From NCBI GenBank assembly GCA_905178155.1, contig CAJINV010000009.1, positions 2,829,373-2,893,372 on the forward strand: 64,000 nt of DNA. The letters run 5' to 3'. Shown in pieces: positions 23,125-35,819 of the stretch; position 1 is the first letter of the stretch; each line of letters starts with the position of its first letter. This DNA comes from Amoebophrya sp. A120 (taxonomy: Eukaryota > Protista > Dinoflagellata). The notes under the pieces are model-generated. The model did not search any database. It worked only from the letters and a program-made list of their open reading frames with translations, and was not told where the DNA came from. The translations under genes were made by a program, and so were the position numbers.

Positions 23125-24587
23125 TACAGTTGAATCAGCCGGCGACTAGCCTCTCGCCAATAGTTGGTAGTGAATTTTCTCGACTAGATATTTGGATGGA
23201 ATCAATAGATTCAAAATAGATTGGCTCTGCGATCCTCGTGAGGCTACAAGCGGGGTAGCCTTGTTGGTCACAAGGGCCGCGCTGAATTTTGCCGGGGTTT
23301 CGATTTCGAGGCCCAAAAGCATCGCGGGCTGCGGAGAGTTGCCAAAAAGCGCGCGCAGCGAGCTCTTAAAGAGCCCCGGCACCCAGCTCAATTAAGAGCC
23401 CAGCTCGTTGCTTGTGGCGAGCGGCCCGAGAAAGTGACGACAGTACAAGGACACAATCTTCGCCACGAGCACCACACTGAGCTTTTACCTAGGCTTCCAG
23501 GAATCTCTCAAGCCCGGGCAAGAGCGTGCTATGCTCTCGCCTGGGCCTAAACCGTGGAAGACCGTGCAAAAGCGAATGGCCGTGGTGTTTGTGAAGCAAG
23601 ATCCCCCCTTCATCTGGCCACTTTTTATGGCCACGACAATCTTGCTCACAAGGCGGCAAGCTATGCTCTTGCCCGGCCCTCACGCCAGGCAAAAGCACAG
23701 CCGGGCGCTTGTGCCTAGCAACATTATCCCCGGGAGGCCACTCTTTGGCCGGAAGAGCGGCCCCCAGAAGAGGACCGCCCTGCATGACAGGCACGACGCT
23801 GCGCTGTTCCCTGGGCTTTCCGGATGGCGGCCCAGGTAAAAGCATGGCGCCCTGTAACGGCTTGCTGAGAATCGCGCGAAGCCTTTGCAGAGGCCTGGGC
23901 CCTAGAAGCCCAGATAAGAGCGCTGCGCGGTGTTTGTGACTAAGCAAGCCGATCCTGCTCTGGGGGCCACTTCTTGGCCCGAAAAAGCGACCAGAAAAGG
24001 GCAATCTTGCATGCAAAGCACCACGCTCCGCTCCTACCTGGGCTTCGCGGATTGAGGGCCGGCTAAGAGCATCGCGCGGCGTTTGTAAAAAAGACTGCGC
24101 CGGCCCGTAAAACAAGGTGGCGCAAGTACTTGCCACGGGCACTCTTTTACCTGGGCTTCCAGGTTTTTGGGCCCGGTAAAAGCATAGCGCGGCGTTTGTG
24201 ATACGACTTTGCCCTGTCCCGGGAAGGTGGCCAGATCAAAGGGATAATCTTGCAGCACGAGCGCCACGCTGTGGTCTTACCTGGGCCTCCAGACTTTGGA
24301 CCCCCAGATTCTGGGCGCCACGCGGTGCAGTTCAATGAGCCGGCGACTGGGCTCTCACCAATAGTAGCGCCGCGCCCTATCTTCAGGGGCGTTAGGGAAG
24401 GCCGAGAACGACTTTTCCCACGACCCTCCCGGGGAATCACTGTTATTTCATCTTTCGGCCTGCGCCTGAAGATAAAACTAAAGTTGCCGGAGCGGTTGCG
24501 GCCCCCCGTGGTCACACTACATGATCAAAAAACCGCCGGCCCACCACCCGGCGCGCGCTACTAATCGGCGCCGGCTCAACTACCTGA
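23125..24587. repeat. GC-rich insertion with degenerate ~110-130-bp tandem units
   Basis: TACCTGGGCTTCCAGG..GGCCCGGTAAAAGCAT.GCGCGGCGTTTGTG-like units near 23485, 23808, 24034, 24146 and 24277; CAGTT..AGCCGGCGACT.G.CTCTC.CCAATAGT at ~23127 and ~24328. Confidence 0.6.
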
Positions 24588-24770
24588 TCGGCCGCCCCTG
24601 TGCTTGATGCCCTTGCAGGATACGTCGCATAGACTCGCACCATGCAAACTTCATAACCGACAACCCTGCAGAGGTCATTTTGAACTCGAACTCTATTCAT
24701 CCAGCCTGCATTTTTGCAAAATGCGTGGCGTTCGTAAGTTCATCATGGTGGCACACGAATGGCCATTTCC

Positions 24771-27700
24771 CTAAACGCCACCAACTAGCTCACCGTCCCA
24801 CCGGGTGTGCGGCGGAGATGGCAATAACACTTTTTGTTTCGATACTGTTTGAAGTACTTCTCGAAAAGTCTCCAGCTGTTCCTTCCCGGCTTTAGAATTT
24901 TCCACCCCAATGTCAGCAAGCGTAAACATTTCGCGTTTTCCCGTCTTCGCATCGGGTTTCTCGTTCTCGTTTTTGAGGATCGCCCATACTTTTGTTTCTT
25001 GACTCGCAATGTCCCCAGCCACCTCCGTCACAAAAACCGGCGACTCAGTGGGGTTTGGAAAAACATAATAATTTTTCGACCCTTCCAGCTGCAGCTGCAG
25101 GGTGACTTTGAAAGGCCGGACCGGCCCAACGCTGCCCGGAACGACTGGCCGCAGTTCGACAGACGTGGCCCCGTTTTGTCCGACGGGGTTCTTGCCGACG
25201 CCGAGTACTTCGTACAGGACTCCGAGGTGACAACTCGACACTAATCCTGCAGCTTCGGCAGGAAGATAATTGTCCGGCTTCAGCAATGTGATCCATGCGC
25301 CCTCCGTTATCTTTCCTCCTCCGGCTGGCTGCGACATCTTCGTCGCTATGTCCTGCAACTTCGCGATCTGTTGTTTCGACGCGTCGCCGTTGCCCAGTTT
25401 CTTGTCCAATCTCTGAAACGCAGCAACGACATCCTTTTGTAGCTGTTCGATCGCTGGCGCATCGCCCGTTGTGGAGGCTGGACTAAGCACATGCGCAGCC
25501 AGGGTTTTCAGAAAGTCCTCATTAGAACTAATGGCCCCGCCCTCTGTACTTCCGTCCGAACTAGAAGTACTGGAGCGCTGCTTGAGTTGGAGTTTATCGG
25601 CAATCTTTTTGAAGCATTCGGCCAAATCTTTGACCGGTGCTTCTAAGTTGTTTGCAACATATGGCGCCGAACCCGTGCCCACTTGTTCCACCTGCGAGGA
25701 CACTAGTTCGCTAATTTGTGCCAACTTTTCTCTGAAAGCCTGCGCAGCCTTCGCCCCTTCGGGTTTAAAAAGGTTCAGCGCCGTAGGAGATTTCCCTCCG
25801 TCGACTTGTTGATCCAGTCCAGCAATATCGAGTCCCATCGCTGCCGCATGTTTCTGCAAGACATAAGCCCAATCGCCCAGCATCAATGCCCCTGTGCCCT
25901 TCATCCCAATGGCGTTCAAAACTAACGGAATCGCGTTCGCTCGGACGAGCGGGCTGCCGGACAGATCGCCCGTGCCGGAATTCCACAAAACCGTCTCGGC
26001 ATACTGCCACACGGCGTCCTGTTCTGCGAAGAGTTTCTGTTTTGGCTCAGCGCCCTCAGTGCCGGTAGCACTTCCACTTTTATACTCCAATACGGATCCT
26101 TTCCCAAGAGGGCTTTCGATCGGCGTCCGCCCTTGTTCATCTTCCCTCAGGATCTCCTCTACGTTTTCTTGCGTGAAAACGATTTTATTCGCTCCCTGCT
26201 TCTTCTGCTCTTCGGAGATCCGGAATATCGTTTGAAATAAATGTAGGAATTTCGCCTTTTCTTTCCCGCCGGCATAGTTCAGCACCGCTTTGGCCATGGA
26301 GATACTTTCCACCTGCTCGCTATCAAACGCAAACACTTTTTAAGTCTGGGTCTGGAAAAGTATGAGCATTACGAGGATTTCCATCCAGATCATGGTGTCA
26401 TGTACAGTACTACTAGAGCAATCCAGGACTTTTCGCCGCTGAGAGGTTGAGGTTTTCAATACTCTGTACAATTCCGCATGACAGATCCGCCCTCATTCGA
26501 AGGAGTGAAAATCAGACGCCTTAGTGCTTGTTGTTCTTTGGCATGACAAATTAGACTTACTATATTTTTGTGTGGTCCTTCCTGGTCCGTCGTCCAGAGA
26601 TAGCATCACAACTTGCCATGCGTCACTCCCTTCCAGGACCCGACAAAATTTTTGCCACGCATACTCGTGCTCTTGGAGAGCGCTGCTACCGCCCTGCTCC
26701 ATGGTGGAGTTTGTCAAACGCAAAAATGTCTGAGTCTGGAAGAATGAAACTTGTGATGCTGCACTTGGATTCCAAAAAAATCTGTATTGCATGAGCAGCA
26801 AAGAGAAAGTAATGTGTGCTACGTGGAGAGGGCATTTGTCATGCGGACTAGGCATCAAGAAGCCCTCAAAAGATCTGTGATGCTAGGGCATGCATCACCG
26901 ACATCATGCCATGGCTCATGCAAAACGTGCATGACAGGTATCAGAATCTTCCAGACCCAGACATTTTTACAATCCATAGAGTTCGCAGCGTTCCAGCTAG
27001 CGCCGGACCCCCACGCTGCCTCAAGCTCTCTATAGAGGGAAAGCAAGTGATTTATTTACGGAGTGCTGCTAGCATGAAAAAGCGCCGCACTTTGGCATGC
27101 GGGGCGACTGCCTTAATTTTACGAAGTACAAACAAAAACACGTGAAAACAACTTACTCACTCCCATGCGTTCCAGAGTGATTCATATTTTCTTTGGTGGT
27201 GCGTCACGAAAAATAGAGCTGCCAAGTGTGCGAAGCCGCGTGACAAAATACGTCTTTACGTACGACAGCCACCGGTCGGGAAGATCACTGACTTCCCCTC
27301 CATATTCTCTCTGTAGTGCTGCGCCTGCCTCGTCGTGGTTGAAGGCAGCTATCCCGTGGAAAAACGTCCCCACCCCGGAGCTGTCGTGCAAATAATCTGA
27401 CTGCCCTGAGTTATAATGTGTGTCGGGCGCAGCTCGACCGGGAGTGCCTTTAAATGGCGTTCAATATTGGGAAGCTCAATTATTTGTGACGTCGTGGATA
27501 CATGATCGTACTAGCTCGCCACAACTACGCCGGTCAGGCGTGATCATGCCAAACGCACCGAGAGGCACGCCGCGCGCCTAGTATGGGAAACAACGCGGCC
27601 ACGGCCTATTTTGCAATGTGCTTGCTGTGACGACAATTCGATTTGGGGCAGTAGTGCAGTCGAGACATGCCTATCCATCAAGACCACGGGAAAGCTGTTG

Positions 27701-28410
27701 TCTTCTAGAATTGCACAGCGGGGGCGCCGCGGCCCTTCCTTGTCGTGTGCTTTTGCTGTAACATGCAGCGTTGCAAGTTCTGTCGGCGTTTCTACCTGAG
27801 GGCAGCTAGCGCCGTTGACTTTGACAACAAGGTGTTCTTGATGTACTGCAAAGACCAAACTAAAGGATTGAGAAGCTTCAACTACACTGACAAAAGGTGG
27901 AGCAGACTTCGACCGCTTCACTATGGTTGGTCTTGGTTGAGAACGTTTTTACACCGGATAGCGTTCGCGCCACCTTCATCTCGCCGCTCCCCCAGAGCGG
28001 ATATGGATTGCAAATATGTCCGGGTCTGGGAAAAAAAACGCAGAGGTTATTTTCGTGCTGGTTTTTTATCTTCCAGAAGGTGTGGAGTGCGGAGCCTAGC
28101 ATCACAGGTCGTAGTTCCAGCACTACGACAGCTTTGCAAAGCCTATTCAGCATGAGAAATCTACCCCTCTCTGCTTGGCGAAAAGATAAAGACCTTTTAT
28201 TGTCGACGCATGACAGATTTTTGTGCGACGGAGACCATTCTTGACAGAGCGCATCACAAGATTGCGCCTTGTTTCTAGACCCAGACATATTTTTTGCACT
28301 TGATAGCGAAGGAGCCAGGTTCTCCGCCGTCGGTTCCCGGGCGGTTTTGCGCCTTGTTCCGCTGGCCCGTTTCTGCCATGGCTTCTTGCGTTCTTTTTTG
28401 TTCGTTCATC
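24771..28410 (-). CDS. Multi-exon hypothetical protein: five short exons plus a ~1.55-kb exon, split by five elements
   Basis: In-frame reconstruction: MNEQKRTQEA...GEPGSFA|LGERRDEGGANA|FNHDEAGAALQRE|LEAAWGSGASWNAANS|TMEQGGSSALQEHE|QVESISMAKAVLNY... into ORF 24771-26336. Confidence 0.85.
26321..26663. mobile_element. Introner-like element, family A (343 bp, diverged)
   Basis: TATCAAACGCAAA..GTCTGGGTCTGGAA...TTCCAGGACCCGAC..GCATA; DR CTCGC/CTCGT; frame restored. Confidence 0.8.
26712..26978. mobile_element. Introner-like element, family A (267 bp)
   Basis: TGTCAAACGCAAAAATGTCTGAGTCTGGAA...TTCCAGACCCAGACATTTTTACAATCCATA; perfect DR GAGTT; frame restored. Confidence 0.9.
27031..27304. mobile_element. 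Introner-like element, family G (274 bp)
   Basis: TATAGAGGGAAAGCAAGTGAT...ATCACTGACTTCCCCTCCATA; DR CTCTC/TTCTC; frame restored. Confidence 0.8.
27350..27960. mobile_element. Introner-like element, family H (611 bp)
   Basis: TATCCCGTGGAAAAACGTCCCC...GAACGTTTTTACACCGGATA; DR degraded (GCAGC/GCGTT), but removal plus 5 nt keeps frame. Confidence 0.65.
28002..28305. mobile_element. Introner-like element, family A (304 bp)
   Basis: TATGGATTGCAAATATGTCCGGGTCTGG...CTAGACCCAGACATATTTTTTGCACTTGATA; DR GCGGA/GCGAA; frame restored. Confidence 0.85.
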
Positions 28411-29869
28411 ACATGCAAACATCGATCTGGGTCCGGGAAAAAAATGCACCAGGCGCTTAAATAGATATCATGCAGCAGCAGCGATTTTAGCAGAGTGCCT
28501 CGCAAATAAATCTTCTGGAAGGACACATGGCTTAGCGATAGCATCACAAAATCTTATTCTGCGAAGGCTTTGCAATTGTGGCTAGTGTCCTGCATGTAGA
28601 ACAAAGTAAGTACCCAAGTACGCTTCATGAATGTTCGTGCCGCGCCAGAAGTAATCATAACTGGACAACTTTATTTGCGAGTCATGCAAGCTCACTGATT
28701 TTTACGATTCTTATTTTTTTTATCTACAACTACGAACTACTTTATGTTTTACATAAATACAAAGAAATAGAGGCCGACTTTATTTCACGAGCCTGAACTT
28801 GTTTTCCCGATCGCGATCCAGACACTTTGCTCTTGCAGTGCGTAATTTTGACGCCATCCCAATACGTTTGCTCCATCCATGGCTGTATCAACTGCAAATA
28901 GGTCAGGGCCTGGAACAAGAATACCGAGCTTGCTTCTTGTGCAGATTGGTTACTAACATGAGGCCGAAGTCTGTCGCGCACTTTACCTATTGGGTAAAGT
29001 ACCACCAAAAGCCCCACTGTCTTATTTTTTCTGTGAAACGTGTGGTCATGCAGAGCAATAGGCTAAAATAACACTGGCTAAACAAGAACTCGCGATCGTG
29101 CTGCTTGTCGGTCATTTTCATTAATTTTACGGATACGGCGTGCTGGTGATACTGATTCACATTGTTCAGCACCTCGATGAACCAGCATCGCGACAAGATT
29201 CCACGCGGGCCTCCGCGTTGTGCGATTTTTCATTGCCTACCGCTCGAAAAACTTGACCTCAACGGGAATGCCAAAAGCCCACCAAAGTAAGAGTTGGCGG
29301 GCCTAGCGACGGGGCGCCCGCGGCCACGAATACCGGGGCCCGCACATCTGTTCCGCCCCTTCCGCACTGGGCCCGTACTTTCAGTGCGCCGCCGGCCTTG
29401 GCGCCAATGTGTGTCAGCACACAGCGCAGGCGATTTGCACCGGCGGAGCACACCTCCGTCTCGCACGCAGGGGCGACGCAGGCAAAGAACGGGCGCCAGG
29501 CGGCGGGCTGCCGTGCCGGTTTGGCAACGAACCCCATGCAGGCATACGGCGCCAAGAACAGCGAGACACGAAACGCCCACGCCCGCTGCAACTCGGCAGA
29601 GACGAGGCGAAAGAACCGGGCACGCGCGGCGCCTCTCCCAAGAATGCCGGAGCGGCGGCTGTTCATCCGCGCGCCCCATATCCTAAAGCGGGTAGGTAAT
29701 GCCGCTGCCAAGGGCAGCCCGCGCGTTTCGCTGGCCGTGCGCTGCGGGGCTTCGCCGCTATTGGCATCGATGCGGGCCAAGGGCGGCACGCCCCTGCCCG
29801 ATGAGCCGCTTCGCACACCGCTCCGCGGAGCCTGCCCCGCCAAACCAACGGCCAGCGGCTGCACTTCGG

Positions 29870-30050
29870 AAATTCAAAACCCCATCGCCGGCCTTCGCTG
29901 ATTTTAAAACGCCATCGGCCATGTCTCGCATGATTTCAAAATCCCATCAGGCCTCTTAAGCAAATTCAAAACCCCATCGCCCGCCTTGGTCAGTTTCAAA
30001 ATCGCATCAGCCAGACATTTTGTTTTTGGCCAATTTCAAAACTCCATCAA
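29870..30050. repeat. Degenerate ~30-bp minisatellite (core TTCAAAACCCCATC, about 6 units)
   Basis: Core recurs near 29873, 29903, 29935, 29965, 29994 and 30035. Confidence 0.7.
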
Positions 30051-31142
30051 GACGATACTCAAAATTCCGTCAGAATTCCGCCAGAACCGAGAAAACCATC
30101 GGAGACCGCAACTCTGACAGAGTTTTGAAATGCCTTGGCTTTGCGGCTTTGAAACTTTCCAGGGCCCAGGATTTTTCTTGTGCCCAGGAGATTTCGCCGC
30201 GCGATGGTGTCTGCTGAACGAGAGGCCTCCCCTCCGGCTTCCCTCCTTGTTAGGCGCCGCAAGGCTGCTCCGAAGAGCGGCCACACGCTACAGGATGCCG
30301 CACACTCCAGGCAGCCCTTCGCCTGGGCGGCGCGACCTGCTCAACTACGTATTGCAGAGCCGCGAGACCATCTCCGCCGCGGCCTCATCTGCGTCCTCTG
30401 CCGCTCCGTCTCAGGTAGACTGGCTACCTAGGCGAGCCGGCGCGCGGACAACTGCAACAGCAAGTGGAACATTTCCCGACGAGTCGCGCGCGCGCCGGCC
30501 CTACTGTCTAGCCCGAAGCCCGCCACGCCTGCTTCCCTGTGCGAAGCTGTCCACGTCCGGGCACGGCCTCTACTTTTCACAGTCGCAAGGTGCTGCTTGG
30601 CTTTCCTTGCGACGAAAAAAAGGGCACGGGCGAACCCACTGCAACAGCTCGCGGGGCCCGCAGGCGCTCACCTAACGAAACCGAGAAACCCAGCGCCACA
30701 TGGAAGCTCCTGCGGGCCTATCCTTTGGCCGCTCTAATCGGAGCGACGCCCGGCAGACAGTGTAGAGCTGGCCAGCGACTGCAGCCGCGTTCCGGCCCAG
30801 GTGTGTTGCCACGCATTACGGCGCGACCAAACTCAAACAGCGGCGAATAGCTGCTCTGCTGGAACCATGGCTGGGCGAAAAAGAAGCAAACCCTCCGAAA
30901 CATCAAGACCAAATCGCAGCGCCTTCTAGCACACAGGCTGCGTCATTGGCGTTATGATTTTCGAAAAGCCCCACATTTTGAAAGTAGTTGTTTGAAATTG
31001 TTTCACTTAAAATCATTCCCGGGCCCTCCGATCCAGCGTTTACGATGCGAAAGCATGGCAAGATTCCAGGCCGAAAAATATTTGCATTCGATAAACTGCG
31101 GGCGCCACGTGGCCGTGGAGCTCCTGGTGGTTCGGCGCCGCC

Positions 31143-31472
31143 TATCATGTGTAAAAACATCCCCACCCCAGAACCAGATGACTTCTCGTCATGCAAAGGC
31201 GTGGCATGCCAAAATAAAACATTTCATCTCACACGCAAGTTGTCCACAGGGAGCATTCTTATTTCTGATGCTATCTTCTCGGAATTGGCAAGGATAAGAT
31301 GATGGATCCGCGATGCGACTGCGCTACCACTAGCTAAAAAAACGCGACTAGTAACTTTGGGTTCCCAGACTTGTAGTCATGCGTAACACGACGCAAACAC
31401 TGTTCATTTGTGTAGCAAGGTCAACGTCTTGACTCATCTGAAGTTCTCGTGGGGACGTTTTCACGCAGGATA
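31143..31472. mobile_element. TIR element, family H (330 bp)
   Basis: TATCATGTGTAAAAACATCCCCAC...GTGGGGACGTTTTCACGCAGGATA; DR CCGCC/CCGGC. Confidence 0.75.
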
Positions 31473-32539
31473 CCGGCTGCTGCATCACGATGAAATGTGC
31501 CTCTGGCACTGGCGGGCTTCGAGAGCGAAAATGCAAATCCATTGCAAATATTCCACCCTCCAATCGAAACTGATTGAAACATGTATTGCCACATTGTAAG
31601 AACATGCAAATGTGGGATCAGCATGGCAAATGTCGCGATTCGACACCGACAAGCGTCGGGCATCAAAGAAGTCTGTTTATCCTCTTGCGCCCTGGCCTAG
31701 CAGGAGCGGCGAGGTCTTTAGTCATTCTAGCAGGAGAGGCGAAGCCTGTACCCGTTGTGCTTCTGAAAGCATTGGCATTGGCATTCTGCAACAAAATAAA
31801 CACTATACTTCAATGCGCCTTGTTCGTCTTGACTGTGCAAAACACGAACAAAATTTTCATGTGAAACCAGAACCAACTACTTTACTTTCTCGCAACAAGA
31901 CCAGTAAATGTAATTATGCTTTGCCTTTCTGAGCGCGCCCCCCAACCGGACACTTTTCGTTTCGATATGCTGCGCCGCTTCTTTCCCGGTTGCTGGCTCT
32001 TGGCGGTCCGCCCCTGGGCAGGCGTCGACCGGCCTCGTTCTATGACGCGCTCAGCTGAAACAATCTTAAGTGGAACAAGAAGTACAAGGCGAAGCCACTT
32101 TGTAAACCGATTCGCCAGCTCCGCACCGGAGATACAGACCAACCGGCCGGGTGGTCCTTAACTCCGGCACCCCTGCCCGAAATTTTGCCTTACACAACCA
32201 TCAGTCGCAAGCGGTAACTCTCGGGGCACCGGAGTTACGAACCATCCGGCCGGTTGGTCCGAAACTCCCGTGGGGATTGTACTAACAGGGTAAGGCTTGT
32301 TGCGACCCCCCTATATTTTTTTGAAGGGGGCGAGCCGGCTCTGGTTGCCTCTGCTCTGCTGGCTAAGCCTGCCTACTTCATCTGTGCAGTTTTCAATGCC
32401 GTTTGGCATCGTGTCAGACTCAGAGAGTTCTTGTCGTGTCAAGCACCATAATTATAGCTAGCTAGACGAGACGAGGGCCAACGCAAAACAGAAGAACGTG
32501 GACACTTTGCATCACAAATTGTTCCAGGTGAGATTGTTC

Positions 32540-32955
32540 TATAGGAGAAAGTCATACGCTCGTGCGGCTGCTCCTGGCCTTCGGCTTCCGCCTCTTCTTT
32601 GCCGCTGCCGTTGCGTGCCTGCTTCTCCTATAAAATGTAAAAATGTCTGGGTCTGGAAGAATGCAAGTTTGTCATGCTTGTCTGGCATGACTCTTAAATC
32701 TGTCATGCACATTACCAAAGAGCCCCACTTTTCTGTCATGCAGAAACGTAGTTTGTCATGCAGAATAGGCAACACCTAGAAGCTCAGAAACTTGTCATGC
32801 TGAGCCAGCAATTGTCGCCTCCTCATGATATACGCCACACAGCATCACAAGTTTCCAGACCCAGACATTTTTACATTTAATATCTCCAGGTAAGCTTGGC
32901 CCCGCTCCGCTTTGCCCGATCGACTGGACTTGCTCCTCCGCCTATTCTTGTCAGG
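32540..32955 (-). CDS. Two exons of a hypothetical protein
   Basis: After removing 32629-32882 plus DR: PDKNRRRSKSSRSGKAERGQAYLE|KQARNGSGKEEAEAEGQEQPHERMTFSY. Confidence 0.6.
32629..32882. mobile_element. Introner-like element, family A (254 bp)
   Basis: TATAAAATGTAAAAATGTCTGGGTCTGGAA...TTCCAGACCCAGACATTTTTACATTTAATA; perfect DR TCTCC; frame restored. Confidence 0.92.
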
Positions 32956-33292
32956 AAAAATTCCCCCACCTCAACGCATTCAAGGATGATTTCTCATGCG
33001 TCGTTTGCATTCACAAAAGCTGTCCACTTGTGTTGATGCTACAAGACAAAGAGCCACACTCCCGGCCTAGTGTGCAAGCAAATCGTCATGGTATTTTTCC
33101 GCAGACTGCAGTTGTTGCCGTCACTTTCTCGCCTCATGCTGAGCACCAGCATCCAACGCTTGTATTTCATGCCGGACAGACAAATTTTAAGGCAAATCTA
33201 TCACGCTACACAAAAATGAATTTCGTTTCGACATATGTGGGAATAAAGGGGCTTTTTTCACTTTGATATCGGCCACGGGACCGCGAAGATGG

Positions 33293-33950
33293 TATCAACC
33301 GCGAATATGTCTGGGTCCTACTGGAAGATTGGGGGAGTTCTTGTTTGTGTTTATTGTCATGCTGATTTTACAATGATCGACGAAGCTGCCCCTAATAGCA
33401 CGTAGAGCCCTGCGTTCCTCCACCAAGTAAAACATCAACGGCGAGGCGCCCGGGGCCCCTGCAGGTGAGAAACGAGGGTGGCGCCTGGAGTCGATCAAAT
33501 CATATCAACCGATCAACCGGGAAATGAGGGAAGGGTAAGGAATACAGATGTCCCGGGGCCGGGATAACACGAATGAATATCCCGCAATTATAGCTCCGCC
33601 AAGCACTGCCCACGATTAATCTATAAATGTCGAACATCCCGCATAAACGAACTACCTCTGTTCAACAGCCACTGCGTTCATGCAGATTTTACATAACCTG
33701 CGACGTCAGTGATGCATGCTCTAGCATTTTTACAGGTATCGCGAAGCCGAAAGGCTGCGCAAAGAAGCTCCTCACGCCTATCCTTATCCTGCATGAGAAA
33801 AAATCAAAATGCCAATCCTGGTATCAAAAATATGAGTGCCTTCTTGTGCTGCTCATGCAGTACAGGTTTGTTTCTTTCTGCACGTCGATCGAAAATCAGC
33901 ATCACAAATTTCATCCTTTGTTCCAGATCCAGACATATTTGCATCTGATA
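33293..33950. mobile_element. Family A TIR element, expanded (658 bp)
   Basis: TATCAACCGCGAATATGTCTGGGTC...CCAGATCCAGACATATTTGCATCTGATA; DR GATGG/GACGA (2 mismatches). Confidence 0.6.
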
Positions 33951-33988
33951 GACGACCGCTCACCACGCGTGCTCTGGTCCCGGTCCCG

Positions 33989-34367
33989 TATGGAAGCGTC
34001 AGGTTTGAAATGTGCAAAGCTGAAGAAAGACTCCTACAGCTATTTCTTGATTTGGACTTTTAGATGCATAGAGTCGCAGAGCCGAAGGAACGCCTGGGTA
34101 GTTGCAGCAGGAATCAATGACATGAACCGAAACAGATTGTAAGCCTGCTGAAGATGCTCACGGTCAGGGATAGAGCTGCGACGGAGCACGAGAAAAACGG
34201 TCTTCTGGGTAGTTCCATAGCAGCATGACAAAAGGGGCTTGGGCGCTCTCAGATGAACTTGTCATGCGCCGCCTGGAAAATGTGGGCCCAAGAACTGGTG
34301 TCGATTTTGATTCCATGCGTCATGATAATACTCCAACTTTGCCGATTTCGAACCTGGCACTCCCATA
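33989..34367. mobile_element. Family C TIR element
   Basis: TATGGAAGCGTCAGGTTTGAAAT...ATTTCGAACCTGGCACTCCCATA; DR poorly preserved. Confidence 0.65.
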
Positions 34368-34444
34368 CTGCGTCGTGATTTTTTACTTTTGTGCCGGGAG
34401 GCCGAGTTCGCACTGGAGCCTCCACGAGCTGCAGAGTCGTCTAA

Positions 34445-35819
34445 TATCCACTGCAAACATGGATGTCTGGGTCTGGAAGGTTGCAAGATCTTTATTATAT
34501 ATGAAGGTCGCGCCCGCAGGGCGATATTAGTAACCAAATGCGTGCGTGGACTACATCTAATCAGCTCGAAGGCCCGCCAGCCATTTTCTAACATCCACCG
34601 TCGCACGGCAGCGGGCACAAACGAGAGAGAGAGCGCCACCTATTGGAGTCCCACCAATTCTTCTTCCGCCGCGGGCCGCAGATTGCGGTCGCGGCAATAG
34701 AGGGCCACGAGCACAACTGCGGCCAAGGGCCGCGGGGACGTGGTGCAGCCCGCGGCGGCCCCCAGGCTCCTGCGATATATACGCACCGAATGCGAAATGA
34801 ATCCGGCCAACTCGCAGCGGGGCATCCTTCCTAGGCCCCTTGAAGCAAAGCAGTCCTCTTCTGTGGAGGCCACTATACCGTTGCGCGCCACGCTATGCAC
34901 GAGGGCAGGCAGGCCCGCAAAAAGACCCAAACTCCAAAAATTTCCACAATTTTCGTTACTTCCGACAGCCCTTTTGGGCAACCCAACTAGACCATTCGCA
35001 CTCGGGGGGGGGGTGTTCGCCTTGGAACCTCCGAGAGGTCGAAGACCGTGCGTGTGTGACACACCTCCGCAGGAAATGCAGACCATTTTTTTTCTTTCAC
35101 TCCCGATGGCGTGGGGCCTTTAAAAACAGCACGTCGGCGGCCCTTTTCAGCCGGGTTCTGCATACCGCAAAAAGAGTGCGCCTTTCGGCGGTCGATTTTT
35201 CGGCCGACGGATGGCACAATTTCGGCTGCCAATCGCGGCACGGCATCGGGCGCAGCCCAAGCCTCAGGCTTCTTTCTTCGAAAACAGATCATCGGGCGGA
35301 GCCGAAAAAATCCGCTTTTTGCCCTTTTTCTCGACCTGGCTACGCGCCAGATTCTTCTGCTTTTTCAAAAAATAGACCGGCTTTTCCGAAATCCACTTTC
35401 CGACGGACAAACCGCATGCAAGAAAGTGCCCGGCTTTGCGAGTGATTGCACACTCTCGAGCCCCTCCCGTATGGCAGCGGCCACGCCTTCGCGCTGCGTT
35501 TGCGATGGATGACCATCCCGGAAGGATCGCTTTGCGAGCGCGCGGGGGCTGCTTTGGTTACCAGATCATACAGGTTTCGTATGGGCGGCCAAAGGGTCTA
35601 CAAACATTGTGAGCAGCAGCATCAAAAGTTTTCCTCGTCAAGCTGATCTGCAATTATGCCTCTTCTGGAGAAGAATCGCCATCTTTAGGTGCCTAAAAGT
35701 GCATGACTTTTTTTTTGCTCACGGACATAAAATAGATATCTTTATCTTCCTGTCACGCCGACCTAGCGCGACAGTGTCTAACTCTCCCAGACCGCTCAAG
35801 TCGATATTTGCAATGCATA
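34445..35819. mobile_element. Family A ends enclosing a ~1-kb GC-rich insert
   Basis: TATCCACTGCAAA..GTCTGGGTCTGGAA at 34445; CCCAGACC..TATTTGCAATGCATA at 35819; DR not matched, so the pairing is tentative. Confidence 0.45.

Noticed and set aside
29870-30050. CRISPR-like repeat-spacer pattern (TTCAAAACCCCATC)
   Set aside because: The core is only ~14 bp and degenerate, spacers are mostly ~15 bp and partly related, no cas gene is present and the context is eukaryotic; it is a minisatellite.
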